The notes under the pieces: model-generated
What the model saw: the letters and a program-made list of their open reading frames with translations, nothing else
What the model was told of the DNA's origin: nothing
The model's database searches: none
In this document: one piece after another, positions 24,547 to 38,800 of the stretch
Numbering within the stretch: position 1 is the first letter of the stretch
Layout: every line of letters begins with the position of its first letter
Translations under genes and position numbers: made by a program
Assembly: GCA_903813345.2 (NCBI GenBank)
Contig: CAIIXF020000001.1
Location: forward strand, 22,816,001-22,880,000
Source of the DNA: Owenia fusiformis
Taxonomy: Eukaryota
Reading direction: 5' to 3'
DNA length: 64,000 bases

Positions 24547-27500
24547 AGGCTCCATTGCTCAAGGTAAAAGATGACCAATCTGCAGATCTCAATCTGCGAT
24601 AGCTCTAACAACATTCACAGGGAGTATGACACAACGCGATGACACTCTGACATTAAACAGATGCCGCTTGAGCATCCCCGCTCAATGAATATCAATTAAA
24701 AATTCATCTAGTGTGACATAGCGGAATAACAATCAGTTTAGGCAGCCGGGTCAATTCTCCGGGGGTATAATGTATTATCCCAGAACAAGTCTATATTGCT
24801 TGATAATGCAATAAGCACTGGTTTTGCATCTGCTTTAGGTAAACTGATTGACCTAAAATAACAGTTGATTTTACTCATAAGTGGTTCAATGAAGCGAGGG
24901 ACCACCGATGAATCGCTAATGTATACAAACATGTATGCAATCAAATGTTATGTCATTTTAAATAAAAGGTATATTACTCATAATGTACCTGCGGACAACT
25001 GATGTTTTGAGTAAACAAATGAGCAATTTACAAAACAATCTGTCAAGTTTTTTGCATCAATGCCGTAACCCGTTCCTTCTCGGGTTAGAAAGAGAAAATA
25101 AGGAGAACGCCTTCTTAAAAAGGAACAACTTAAAGGAACAACCAGTCATCGACTTGTACATGTATTGATCCTGCAGTTTTCCCCTTGTGTGTTTATTGCT
25201 ATTATAATGAAATCAAAAACTACACACAGATGTAATGTAAATAGATTACTAAGTAGTTTGTCGACTGATTGTTGGCATAGAGTATTGTGTCATAAAAGGT
25301 AAAAATGACATGAATGCTGCCAGAGCTGTTGCTTAATATAATCACAATGTGTCGTAACTGAAGATTGGACGGATTGATTTGAATACAATTCAGGAGAAAC
25401 TTCTGCCAAATACAACGTTCGCTTCAATAACCAATATAAACAATAATTTGAAAATATCAATCACCCTGACAGCACTGACCAGAGAGATAATAGTGATTCA
25501 GATTTCTGGTTAAATAGTCATATCCTATATTTTTATAAATTATGAAATTAAAATCAACATTATAATGTCATAGTTGAACTGAATGACATTAATGACCATT
25601 GAATAGTTATTAAAAATGCTGAAATATAGAATGCATTCGTAATTTCCTCTGGATATAACTTGCATGATATGATCTCGATCGATTTTGCAAGCTTTCAGAT
25701 ATCAGATATAAACAGATACGTTATTAAACAACAATTTTTTATGCTAATACAAAGTAGGGTTTGTGCTCATCTCCAATAAATCACACTCACGTACCCATTT
25801 GGTCATCTCTTATCAATGACAGGAATCAGGCACTAAACACAGTAATATTTTACTCGTAATGAGCTTTAATTAATAGGCTTCTCGCCGAGAGAGACACTTT
25901 TTATATCCAGCCTTTTTTAAAGGCGAAATTCAAAAAATCACTCCCTCGGTGTTGATTCCAAAGTGTCCCGAATGTTTAGAATGTAGATTGATAAATGGGA
26001 AGAGATTCCCACAATCCCCTGACTTGTTTAAATGAACCAATCAGGTGTCTTCATTTTACGATTAAATTAATACTTTAGACTAGCGTGCATTGGGATTACT
26101 TAGGTTTCTCCAGTTTGATGACAGAACAGGTGAAATGACATTTAAAAAGAGCTATTCATTCTCCACTGTCGGCGCATCAAAAATGGTAATAAAGATAAAC
26201 AGGTTGAAGAGCATGATGTACTTGATAAACTAAACCATACTTGAAATATGTTTTTCAATATAATGTCATATTATATATATGGCAGGTAAAACAATATGGC
26301 GTGACAAATGTGATGTCTTCTTTGAATCGTGTGTCAGTTTTGTGACTATCATCTTTAGAGTTGTTTAGTTGACATCGGCCGAACAGTGGCTGATCTTATC
26401 TCACAGCATGAACTGTCATCGCATTTTTGTAGTTTTTCTCGTTTTTCTAATGTTGCGCATCTGGATGACTTGTATATCTATCTACATGAATAACTATTAG
26501 ACTGCATCCGGCTAGTCAAGCTATTCACTAACAGACGTACAATATTGGGCAGTGGTAGGTCCCCATCCCCCATGGCACATAATGTGATAGAAAATAAGGG
26601 CCGACATCCAGCGTTACAACATTGTCCATTTTCGCTATATACCATTTGCATCTCTAAAGAACATAGTTATGCTATCGTCATCCTTCAAGGATGGCTAGCG
26701 TCTGTACTTCGGGATTTCATCTACATCACCTGTAAGACCCCAAAGCTAGTCTTGTGGGGAGATGTGTAGTTGGGGGGGGAGTACTGACGGATGCATAAGC
26801 TAACAAGGGGGCGGGGGCACATTCCAAAACATAAAAAATATCCACTAATTGTAGCTAGACTAGTGCAAAGCAAAATGATCCACATTTAAATTTATGAAAT
26901 ACAAGGATACAAGACAAAGTATCAAAGGTCTGAGGCCTGATGCATCACGTCTGATGAAAGGCATTTAATGTAATTCTTTGATCTGCTTCTGGATACCATG
27001 TCTTGGTTGAGTTTCTACAAACGCAATAGTGAAACAGCACATGGTATGCAATAGAGTGAGAAACGATCAGATAAACGGTTCTCAATTAAGCTGTTTGATG
27101 CTAAGTGAGTCCAGCGGGAATTCTTTGAGATGATGAACCATGCAATATGAACATAATCTAAATCCAACACAACAAGTAGAGAGAGTTTTGGATTATCTAT
27201 TGAATACTGAACACATGCAGAATTGATAATTTCTGAGTGTACGTGTAGGTTATTTTTATTTTGTACACCCTGATTGTCTACCTTGAACATAGGGGCTAGC
27301 TAGAAGATGAAGCTCTCTTTTAAGATAGTTTGAAATCTGAAAGATGTGATGAGTGTTAGAATGTTTCTTCTCAAAGTTAGTGGTATATATTCATGGGTTT
27401 TGAAAGGAACTGGCCTGATTTAGAGGCTGGTATCCTAAGATCCTGCGACAGCTCCATCATTTAAAACAAATGCGTGTTAGAACTCAATTTTTTCTGAAAT

Positions 27501-30500
27501 TCTTGATTCTTTAGTTAATTTCGAAAAATCAAGACTTAATTTGTAAGGCCTCTTGTGACCATCGGGCATTATTTCCTCTCTATCATTTGTGTCTGCAGTC
27601 ATCAACAAGAGTCCCTTGACTTTCATTATATGTCACTCGAATATTTTAATGAATAATGAACAGAACACACGAGTTCCAAATTTTTAGCTTGGTTGCCTAC
27701 TTATGGTTCATATTTCACATTACTCTCTTTGATATATGCAGAGTTTCTGCTTTATTTAATTTGATCGCTTTTGACAGAATTTGCCTTATTAGATTCTTTG
27801 TTTATGGGTATATGGTCTTTCCATGCTCTGTTTTGAAGTCTGCCACTTCATTAGCTGTGAAATTCTTGCTTTGAGGGGTACCCAACTGGATGTTTTGCCC
27901 CCTTATGTGCTTTTTCAAATTTTAAATTGATCTAAAGATTCTGTTTTAAATTTCAAAACGTTCTCACATGCTGCTGATACAACGGTTGTACTGTTCTCTT
28001 TTTCAAAATTTAATTAACTTAATAAGATTCTAGTGTCTGCTTGGACAAATGGTGGTGACTTTAACGAACATTTCGTGACTGCATTGATGATTGAACACGA
28101 AATGTGCATATGATACGTAGGGTGGAGACAAGGGTGTTACAGGGCCAATAGGTCATAGTGATAAAGACAATCAGTTTCTCATTAAGTTTTACTTGGTCAA
28201 ATCAAGGAATCGATAAAAGTTCATTGTTATAATTCTCCCGTGGACTCCTTCCACGATTGTATCTAAAATATTATTCTTTTGGGACTGGTGCTTTGGGTTA
28301 TCTCCTGTGAAACAATAGCATGTTAAATTATATCAGGGCAGTCATGTCTCACATTGCTCGTTAGCCCATCCATCCTTGAACGGTTCCGTCTTGGGACTTA
28401 TTCGGAGAGTCATCCTGAATTCCCATTCCACTATGAATTTTACTTCAAAGCCTATCATATTGAGCCCATTGGCAATTAAATGATCGATAATGATTAATGA
28501 AGTTGGATTATGACTTCCATTGTATCAAACGCCTTAGGAGAGTCTATTCTAAAGTATATACAAAAATATGATTTCGGAATCAAGAAACATATTATGTCAA
28601 TTCTTGAATTTGAAATTCGGAATATTAGTCGCCTATTACTTCATTTATACCAGCAGAGCCAAATAGCTATCAATCGAATAATCCCTTCTCTAAACATACT
28701 TTGGGGTTTGAGGTTTCATTGGAGTTTACCCAAAGCATTCCGCTGATCAAATGTAATAACTAATTCGTATGTACACACATTGTACTGTAACAGTGAAGGG
28801 CTTTGGTATTACCAGCATTACGAATGGGTAACAAGCAGTCTGAAGCACTCTGCATTCTGTTATTCTTCAAGTCAATTAAAAGTTATTAGAGTTCTATTTC
28901 GGAGTTTCAATGGATAAACATGCCCCCGGTGATTTTACACTTTGCTAAATAAACCCCATCATATTCTCCTTTGATACAATTCCCTTGATATGTTCCCCCA
29001 TTAGAACCTGCCAATTATTTCGGGCAAAGTTTATATGTTGTGCCACGAGATATTGCAGGACAGATGGGTGAACAATAGGCTTCAGGGGTCATAACATCAC
29101 CCTTTTTATCTCATTCCCCATTGTGATATTGACGGGCGTTCTACTTCAGCGACTACTGTAGGACGGTGGTGGCTCGATAATTGTCTCCTTGTCTTTCTAT
29201 TACCTGATATATTATTGTGGCATCAAACGAGAAAATTGCCATATTTTGATTTATTACCTTGTGGTGAACCAGCATAAGAGTAAATATTTTAAGTATCAGT
29301 TATGTTTTGATAAGCCTTTAAAAAGTTTTTTACTTCAATATAGTCGACTATTCAAGCTTATGTTGATATTTTGAATGGAAAATCTATTTTGTCAAAACAC
29401 AATTTGAGTAAACTGAACAATCGTGTATACGTAGCACTACAATATTTGCTTTCTTCAAATATAATTAATTTTTGTTATATTTCTATCAGCCCATGTTGAA
29501 GCTTAAAGGTAAATTCACGTTACTCCTAGAGTAGTATTTGTCCTAGGGTTTACGTTATTGTAACTATACAAAAATGAACAAATACGCTTTTTGTTCGTTG
29601 TATTCTAAAAGTATAAATCTGTTTTCTTTTTCAAAGTATAATGATCTAAGTATGTCAGCATATTGACAGATCGTGAATGTTTAGAAACATTTTCAATGGT
29701 CAATTGAAACGATATATTTCTCATTTATTGTCCCATCACAAACCACCATTAATGTAAATATATAGCTCTGTTTATTTCTCAATTAATAAGACCCAATCCC
29801 CGAGGAGTAATATATTGTCCGATCTTAACAATGGCTATAGTCCCCCGGGAAATAACCCTTTCTCGAGAAACAATCCCTGACCATATGTGCAAGTAATGTG
29901 TACTTACTCAGTTAAGTCACTACAATAATGACATTTACAATACTGAAAATAGCCAAGGGATTAATTGATTGTGTTATGGAGTTATTCCCTTTAATTGCGG
30001 CACAATAATCGGATTATGTAATCTCAATCGCAATCGGCTCTGCTTGGAAGCAACAATGGGTTAATAGACTCATGCAATGATGATCAATGGTTACGATGAT
30101 TCGATAGACTGTTGCTCTGGTATAATTTGCCATTCAGTCGTAATAGCATCTAACTTAGCATGGTATTTGACAATAGGCTACATAATTATGTTACCATAAT
30201 ATTTATCTTTAATTCCACTTGAGTGGGCACTTGATTTGCATTTGATTTGAGCTGCATGTTCCTCCTCTATTGTCTTGCTCGTTGTCGCAGCTATATTCAA
30301 ATCCGGGAAATGATTCCATGGTATGGTTGGTCTAAAGCCTCCAAATTTCCAAATTCATGTGATGTCTAAACATCCAATTCGCAAATATCTACAATATGTA
30401 ATGTATATTTGAGATTCAATAGTTCATACTTCGAAGTCCGAACGTAGGACTCCAGTCATCATTAACTGTTCCTGGAAGATGGAAGGAACGGAGTTTATGA

Positions 30501-31214
30501 TGTCCGGAGGAATTATATGCTCGGGGGATGCAGCAGTCAACTAACTCGACATTAGCCCAAATCTGAAGATTGAACTTGTTCATTTTTATTTGTGCATTTC
30601 TTGAAATCTCATGAGTCTTATTACCGAGGAGCTTACGTTTCTGTATTATGTCATTCACAAATGGATTCTAAAATACTCAAGGGGCGAGGAGGAAAATTCT
30701 CAATAAATGGTGTATAGTTGGTTTGGCAGTATTTTCGGTTAGGGGAGAGTCTTGGATGAAACTTCCACCTAGGTGATAGCTTCACAGAGTGGTAGGAAGT
30801 TCTTTTTTTTGAGGAGTTAGCCCCCCACCCCCCAAAAACACCCCACCCTGGGGAAAAAAATTGTTCACAGTAAATAACCTTAGATATTTTGATGTTTGTA
30901 AGTGACATACATAGATATTATATATATGAATCATTTGCAGTATAATTGATGCTGATTGCTCCTAAGGAAATTGAATATTAGTACAAAGTGTGTACCCCAG
31001 GGGGCAAATTCGTGACTCATTTTCTTACTATTTTGATCCTAACTTTTCAATTAGACACTGTAAGAGGTTGAAAAAATTCATGGGAAGTGCCCAATAGCAG
31101 GGTTAGTAAACCTGAAAGATGCAAAACCATTGAAAAGGTAGGAGCTGAGAAAAAAATTGTTGATTTTTCGAAAAAGTTTTTGACATTTTTGACAGTTGGA
31201 TTTTGTGTATGACT

Positions 31215-31895
31215 ATAACTGACCCCTATAGTTTCTAGATCCATCCCTCTATAATGATATTTATGGTTTTATAGTGTGAAACTACGATGTAAAACATAAT
31301 TTAGATGGGTTTTAAGGAAGTTTAAGGTTTTAAACAAGTCCAAAATTTGAAAAATTGTAAATATAAGGTTTCAAATTTACATATTCCAGGTATAGCCATG
31401 GCTGACCCCTATAGTTTCTAGATCCATCCCTCTATGATGATATTTATGGTTTTGCCATGTGGAACTAATATGTAAAACACAATTTAGATGGGTTTTAAGA
31501 AAGTTTAAGGTTTTAAACAAGTCCAAAATTTGAAAAATTGTGAATATAAGGTTTTAAATTTACGAATTTCAGGTATAGCCACGGTTGACCCTTATGGTTT
31601 TTACATCCATACCTCTATGATTAAATATACAGTTTTAGAGTGTGGGACTAAGATTAAACATATCCAAAATGAATTTTAAGGAAGTTTAAGGTTTTAAACA
31701 AGTCAGAAATTTGAAAAATTGTAAATGTTAGGTTTCAAAATTTATGAATTTCAGGTATAGCCAAAGATGACCCTTATGGTTTTTACATCTATACCTCAGG
31801 GATGAAAGGTTTTAAACGAGTGCAAAATTTGAAAAATTGATCTCAAAATTGGTCTCAAATTCACATTATTCAGGTACAGCCTTGAATGAGCCCTG
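31215..31895. repeat. 183-bp tandem units in left Academ TIR (~3.5 copies)
   Basis: gaccc recurs at 31221, 31404, 31587 and ~31769. Confidence 0.9.
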
Positions 31896-32021
31896 ATAAT
31901 TGAAGGTTATGAGCATAATAGTATCAACTATGATATCATAGCTTAGAGACCAGGTGTAGAATATATACCTGTTGCAGCAGTTAGTCTGCTGCATATAGAT
32001 GGAGTGAAAAGTCGTGAACTA

Positions 32022-32518
32022 CAGTAAAATCTCTCTAATCTGAATGCAACCGGTATTTGGACCAACTAAAAGCATTCTAATTAGGAGTGTTTGAATTTTG
32101 AGGTTTTTACATCTACAATACAAGTTCTGGATTTTGAAGAAATATGAATGCATTCTCAATGAAAAATATTAATAATACTGACCACATAAAAAGCTTAATA
32201 GCATTCCAAAATCCAATTCAAAAGTTTTGATATCAAAACAATTCAGTGTTAAACTGACAATATTTGTGCAATTTTGTAAGAAATATGTGATATTTGGTAA
32301 AAAAGAGTTCAAGTTAGACAGGTTAATTTTTCAAATATGAGTGTTCACTGTTCGAAGTAAGAGGTATTCAGATTTCAATTTTTAAACATAGGAGTCAATG
32401 GGAGGGAAAATTGGACTGGGAAAAGTGTTCAGATTGGTTGGTGTTCAGATTAGTCAGGTGTTGGGATGATTGGTAGGTATTCACAATAGTCAGATGTTGG
32501 GATATACAGGTTTCACTG
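32022..32518. mobile_element. Tigger/pogo-like MITE nested in the Academ element
   Basis: TA|CAGTAAAATCTCT...AGGTTTCACTG, with subterminal ggtgttcagatt repeats. Right TSD degraded. Confidence 0.6.
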
Positions 32519-32599
32519 ATAATATATCATTTATACAAGATGATGAACTAGAACTACTGTACTAGGTGCATTTGATAATTTTTACCAGAATGTTAATAC

Positions 32600-33560
32600 T
32601 ATGTCATGAAAAGAAAGCATCCATGGCACTTTGCTTGTACAACTTGAAAATCAACAACACTAAGATTTGATAAAGGTGTCTACCAAATGAGTAATCCACA
32701 TAAATTCAAATACAAGCACTTGGCATGCTATTCCCTATGATCCTATTTATAGATTTTTAGTCAATGTTATTGATCAGCTTATTGGTTTAATTACTTTCTC
32801 TAGAATCTAAAATTGACCTTGGGTTTATGAGAGTAGTAAATTGGAATGCAGTTATATGGAGTATTGAATAAACTATGATCTTATATGGATACAAACAGTT
32901 CGTTTGACAATGATCATCTATCTTATCTGTAAAATCAGAACTTAAAAAGGGGTTTGAAATGGAGATCGATGAAACCATACCACAAATTGATAAAACTTTC
33001 GTGATCGATGCAATGGCTATGACAAAAGGAAAATTAAGATTAACTTATATGTTGAAATTTGGAGAGTTTTGGAAAGCTATACTGTATTTGACTACTCCAT
33101 CAAATCTAGTAAAGGAGCCCAAAGAATAGATTTCATATTAGACTCCATCAGTAAAGGATTCTGAAAGAATGCGAAGAATGGATGCTTCCCCTACTGAACT
33201 TTAATTCAAAGAAGAAATTACACCATTATCTAAAAATATGAATACCCTTAGGCCAAGTCATATAAAACAAATTTTCAAAGATTACAAAGAAATTCAATAA
33301 AGCAGCATTCTATTAAAAAGTGTGCCAAATGTCAAGGTTGTTTTAAGTGGAACTATTGGAGAGAACTCAAATATCTGTGAAAATGATAACTGAAATCCCC
33401 TGTTAAATTCCACTCTTGAAGAGGCTGATTTTAAACTTATTCACTCTGTTTTACATTCAGCAGGAGAACATGTGGGACTGCAGTAATTTGCATCAAATGA
33501 CACTGATTTTCTAATTTTATGACTATCATTTAAAAATTCTTCTACTGCTAGAAAATGTCA
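32600..33560 (+). pseudogene. Academ transposase remnant (XPG/PIN-like nuclease region)
   Basis: Ordered motifs VIDAMAM (33001), SVKDSERMRR (33148), TLEEADFKLIH (33412) and ASNDTDFLIL (33490), separated by stops and frameshifts. Confidence 0.8.
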
Positions 33561-34270
33561 TCTGCAAAGTCAGTATGTAAACATTTTATACAATGTCTGT
33601 TTGTTTGAAACATATTGATCATATATATCACCATATACTTTTTGATCTACATGAAGATTTTAGTGTGACAAGACCCTTTTATCCTGGAGTTCCTAATCTC
33701 ATTGCACTAACGGGAGTTTCTAGGCCCAGCGGGGTATGATCCTTATAATCCTTATTTTCCCAAATAATTACTGTTGCCTGATGACAGTGATTATAATTTG
33801 ATAATTTATAATAATATTTTGTATTAGGAGATGATCATTGCTTAATAACAGTATGGGCATAACAAAATATAGAGAAATCATGTTTCTTTTAATTAACCAT
33901 GTCTTTATGTATTTTGACAATGTAGAACATTACATCGAACATTTTGATGTGAAAAAGTAAAAATGCTATATCACATAATAAATATCATCAAATAATAATT
34001 AATTAGTTATAATCCATTTAATCAATCAATTACTACACTGTATACGATATCCCTAAGAGCAGTTACACTTTAGGGGGGGGGGGGGGGATTTATCAACCTC
34101 TCACCCCCTTAGGAACTCTAGGGTAAGGTCCTCAACTCTAATGATTTTTCTTTTAACAATACTTGTAACATGGATCAAACCTGACCACAATATTTTCAAC
34201 ATCTAATTTCTAAGCTAAAAAGTCATATATTCAAAAAGAGACACATCCAAGGCAACACCTGAAATCGTAA

Positions 34271-34898
34271 AGGAGGACTGAAAGTATCGCACCAGATTTA
34301 GGACAGTCACATGTTGGATTTTTGCTATTTTCTGAGGATTTGAAGAGGTGCATATGTTAGGCCAGTGCATTTCCTCCAGGAAAAGCACTCATAGAGATGA
34401 TAAACAACCCACCCACATGCATCAATATGTTGTGTTTTGACACACAGTTAACCCCTTTATAGAAATAATGCATTCCATCAGGGGTTTAAAAGATATCAAA
34501 TATGGGTGACCAAAATTAAGCTGAAAGTAATGGAGCACATGAGTTTTTCCCTATGGGAAAATAACAGGAAAATATTGTTTTCTACTTTATCTAAAAGAAA
34601 TTTATTATTCCTTTTTATGGGTTAACTATGTCTCAAAACGCAACATATTGATGCAACAAAAATTGAAAAAGCAGGGGTAAAAGGGCTTGAAAATCAGGAC
34701 AACATTTCCGAAAAAACACGTGGGTGGATTGTTTGCACCTTCGCTGTCTCAAAGTCCAAACTATTTTATCATCTCTAAGAGTTCTTTTCCAGTAGGTAAT
34801 GCAATGGCCTATCATATGCACCTGCTTAAATCCTCAGGAAACAGACAAAATCTAACATATGACTGTCTGAAATATGTTGCGATACTTTCCGTGCTCCT
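34271..34898. mobile_element. Diverged foldback MITE (AGG...CCT ends, degenerate TTAA flanks), Kolobok-like, nested in Academ
   Basis: 34271-~34420 is an inverted copy of ~34715-34898 (aggaggactgaaagtatcgca vs tgcgatactttccgtgctcct). Flanks are GTAA and TTGA. Confidence 0.65.
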
Positions 34899-34904
34899 TT
34901 GAGA

Positions 34905-35885
34905 CCTTATATTTCTCAATTTTTCAAACATTCTTAAACTTCCTTAAAATTCATCTTCAGTATGTTTTACTTCTTAGTTTCACACTCTAAAAATATATGT
35001 TTCATCATAGAGGTATGGATGATTTTGGACTTGTTTAAAATCTTTTTAACTTCCTTAAAACCCATCTAAATTATGTTCTACATCTTTAGTTCCATACTAC
35101 AAAACCATAAATATCACCAAAGAGGGATGGATTTAGAAACTATAGGGGTCAGCCATGGCTATACCTGGAATTCGTAAATTTGAAACCTTATATTTACAAT
35201 TTTTCAAATTTTGGACTTGTTTTAAACCTTTAACTTCCTTAAAACCCATCTTAACTATGTTTTACATCTTAGTTCCACACTATAAAACCATAAATATCAT
35301 CATAGAGGGATGGATCTAGAACCTATAGGAGTCAGCCATGGTTATACCTGGAATTCGTAAATTTGAAACCTTATATTTACAATTTTTCAAATTTTGGACT
35401 TGTTTAAAACCTTTAACTTCCTTAAAACCCATCTAAATTATGTTTTACATCTTAGTTCCACACTATAAAACCATAAATATCATCATAGAGGGATGGATCT
35501 AGAACCTATAGGGGTCAGCCATGGTTATAACTGGAAGTCGTAAATTTGAAACCTTATATTTACAATTTTTCAAATTTTGGACATGTTTAAAACCTTTAAC
35601 TTCCTTAAAACCCATCTAAATTATGTTTTACATCTTAGTTCCACACTATAAAACCATAAATATCATCATAGAGGGATGGATCTAGAAACTATAGGGGTCA
35701 GCCATGGCTATACCTGGAATTCGTAAATTTGAAACCTTATATTTTCAATTTTTCAAATTTTGGACTTGTTTAAAACCTTTAACTTCCTTAAAACCCATCT
35801 AAATTATGTTTTACATCTTAGTTTCACACTATAAAACCATAAATATCATTATAGAGGGATGGATCTAGAAATTATAATGGTCATC
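34905..35885. repeat. 183-bp tandem units in right Academ TIR (~5.5 copies)
   Basis: ggatct recurs at 35312, 35495, 35678 and 35861; inverted relative to the left array. Confidence 0.92.
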
Positions 35886-38800
35886 TATAGTCATACACAA
35901 AATCCAGCTGTCAAAAATGTCAAATTTTTCGAAAAATCAACAATTTTTTTCTCAGCTCCTACCTCTTCCATGGCTTTGCATCTTTCAGGGTTACTAACCC
36001 TGCTATTGGGCACTTCACATGAATTTTTCCAACCTCTTACAGTGTCTAATTGAAAAGTTAGAATCAAAATAGTAAGAAAATGAGTCACGAATTTGCCCCC
36101 TAGGGTACATACTTTGTACTAATTTTCAAATTCTTTAGGAGTTATCAGCATCAATTATACTGCAAGTGATTCATATATATAATATCTATGTATGTCACTT
36201 ACAAACATCAAAATATCTAAGGTTATTTAGTGTGAACAATTTTTTCCCCAGGGTGGGGTGTTTTTGGGGGGTGGGGGGCTAACTCCTCAAAAAAAGAACT
36301 TCCTACCACTCTGTGAAGCTATCACCTAGGTGGAAGTTTCATCCAAGACTCTCCCCTAACAGAAAATGCTGCCAAACCAACTATACACCATTTATTGAGA
36401 ATTTTCCTCCCCGCCCCTAGAGTAAAAATTGGAAATGTCAATTACGTTATTGATATTTCATTCATCCCTCAATGATTCTACCTGTCCATCCAAAGTATTT
36501 CAACCCATTCCGCTGTAATTATTCAATCTAGATAGGTATTTCTAAATAATGCGAAGACTCTGGGGACCTATAGACCAAGGATAACTCCTCTTCTATAGAT
36601 TCAATGTGGGCTGAGCTGAATGGATCTTAACGTAACCACGGACGTAGTCAAGCATGAGACAGGCGACTTGCCTCGTCAAAATCTTACAAAATTTTCAAAT
36701 CAATTTCAATTGAACCTTTACTTCTACATCCTTATCATGCCCTTGGTGACAAAACTGAAATCCCTGGGATTCATGAATTGTTCCCGCTGAATAGAGTAAA
36801 TGTATGAAGTAAACAAGTGAAACTGAAATATGTTACAACTGTCAATTAATATGACAGACACTTGGCATCAAAGTAACTAATATAAAGCAATTTCTTTAAT
36901 TCATGAAAACCATATTTGAACAGTTTGTCTAATTATTTGAACTCATTGAATTTGAATAATATTCGAACAAAGTGGTTACATTTGTGAAATGTATTATGGG
37001 ATACGAAAACACGACACCTGCCAGAATTCTATCTCATGTTGATCCCTCATTTTGCCTTAAACGGATAGAATGTTTATTCATGTCACTCATTTAGATTGAC
37101 ATTTCTATTTTTGTGTCAAGAAACTTTAAATTACTACAAATATGCAAACACAATACCTGTCGCAGATTTCAAGAATATTATAATTTTCACATAATATATT
37201 TTTATTTCTAAATCGTGAGAAAATTGATAAATGCGTTGCCTTCTGTTACTTGCGAATGTAACAAATGAATAAAAGAAAATGAAAAGATAATGTCTCTTAG
37301 ACATCTCGACGGCTTATGATAGCGCCTGGACATTCATAAACTGGACATAATATACATTTTGCAAGATGTTTTAATGATTCAACTGAACTTGCTATGACAG
37401 ATAATGCTACACGCATATGCTACAAAATACGACAAAGGCAGTTAATTAATATTCCAACATGTAAAAGGTTGCACTAAGAGCAATAACAGAATCGCATTTC
37501 CAATAGAATCAGAAATTTACAGAGTTGTCTAAGACGTGCAGATGCTAACAGGCCAAACATATCAATAACGGCTGATCTCCTCTATCCCCAGTGCTCATAA
37601 TTTCTGGTATAACCACACATTTGGATTAGCCACGATTGTTGTATTGAAAGAAGAGATTCAGAATGTTGACTTTAATTAAATTCATCGCCAAATTAATCCT
37701 AATTATTCCTATGACTAAGCACATGAACGAGAAGATGAATACGAACTACAGCATCCTAAGAACCCTTCTCGAATGCTCTGATTCGATTAAAGAAGTCACG
37801 ATCTTTCATTCTTTGGCACCTTCTATTACAGCTAATCTGATGAAATGGAATTCTAAGTAGATAAAGGTGTCGGGTTTCTCTTATTTCCTCATACATTGTT
37901 TCATTTGACCAAAATGATATAATAATACTAATATCTTTTGAAATACCTCTAAACTCGAATTAACTGGATCAAAGACCAATCTTGCATGGTAAGACTGAGT
38001 GACTTTGTATGATTACCCAACGCTGGAAATATTTGAACGCTCTATCAACATGTTTATAATCTTGTTGGGCAATGTGTACCGACGAATCAATAGTTTGATT
38101 TTAATAAATACTGCACAGCGTTTGATGTAATTTGCGAGATTTGTCAGAAGAATGGTTAGGTACCACAAGGCACGTTCTGATGTTTGATCTTATTGTTAGC
38201 AAATTATATAGGAACTACACGTCCACATATTGTCTCAACCTATATCACACATGGACATTTCCGAACAAGTATGGGTGGGCGTGTAACTACCCTTTCTAAC
38301 AGTTCACTTCTGGCCTCTGAGACTCGAGGTAGTGTCTATAATGATACATACATCACCTTGATTCTTTGATGAAATACTGGCTGAAAATAACTAGAAATCA
38401 TTACTAATCGATAGTTATAAGAACTTCTTGATAGTTCTTTTGTGGGTTTGATACTTTGTGACGTTTCTGTTATCTATTAGCCTTGCCCAAGTCGGTATTT
38501 TTTTTACTTATGAGCATATCGGAAATATGATCGAATAGATATTAGAAACCCATACATCAACTATATGCTTCGTGCAGCGTGCAGTGTCGGATGACATGAG
38601 GTTTTTAGAAAGCCCATGATGCCACTAATGAAAAGGCACTTTGTGTTGATTTTGTCTTTAGCGTTTTTATTAATTCAGACCGGTAATACTTTGTGTCACT
38701 CCACCCTAATAAGACATAAAAGCTACCTGGTGAATTTGTAATCCCTGATATATAAGATCTAACGCTGATTAATGATGTCACTCGTTGCCAATATTGCTAA

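Larger units (their letters stand above)
30674..36424 (+). mobile_element. Decayed Academ DNA transposon with very long, satellite-containing TIRs
   Basis: TACTC.AGGGGCG termini with AAAA on both flanks (30670-30673, 36425-36428). A ~550-bp near-identical unique TIR portion is followed by 183-bp tandem units in each arm. Internal XPG/PIN-like transposase remnants are present. Confidence 0.85.

Noticed and set aside
30651-31244. ORFs 30651-30908 and 31047-31244, and mirrored ORFs at 35859-36088
   Set aside because: They lie in non-coding Academ TIRs; their duplication reflects the inverted repeat.
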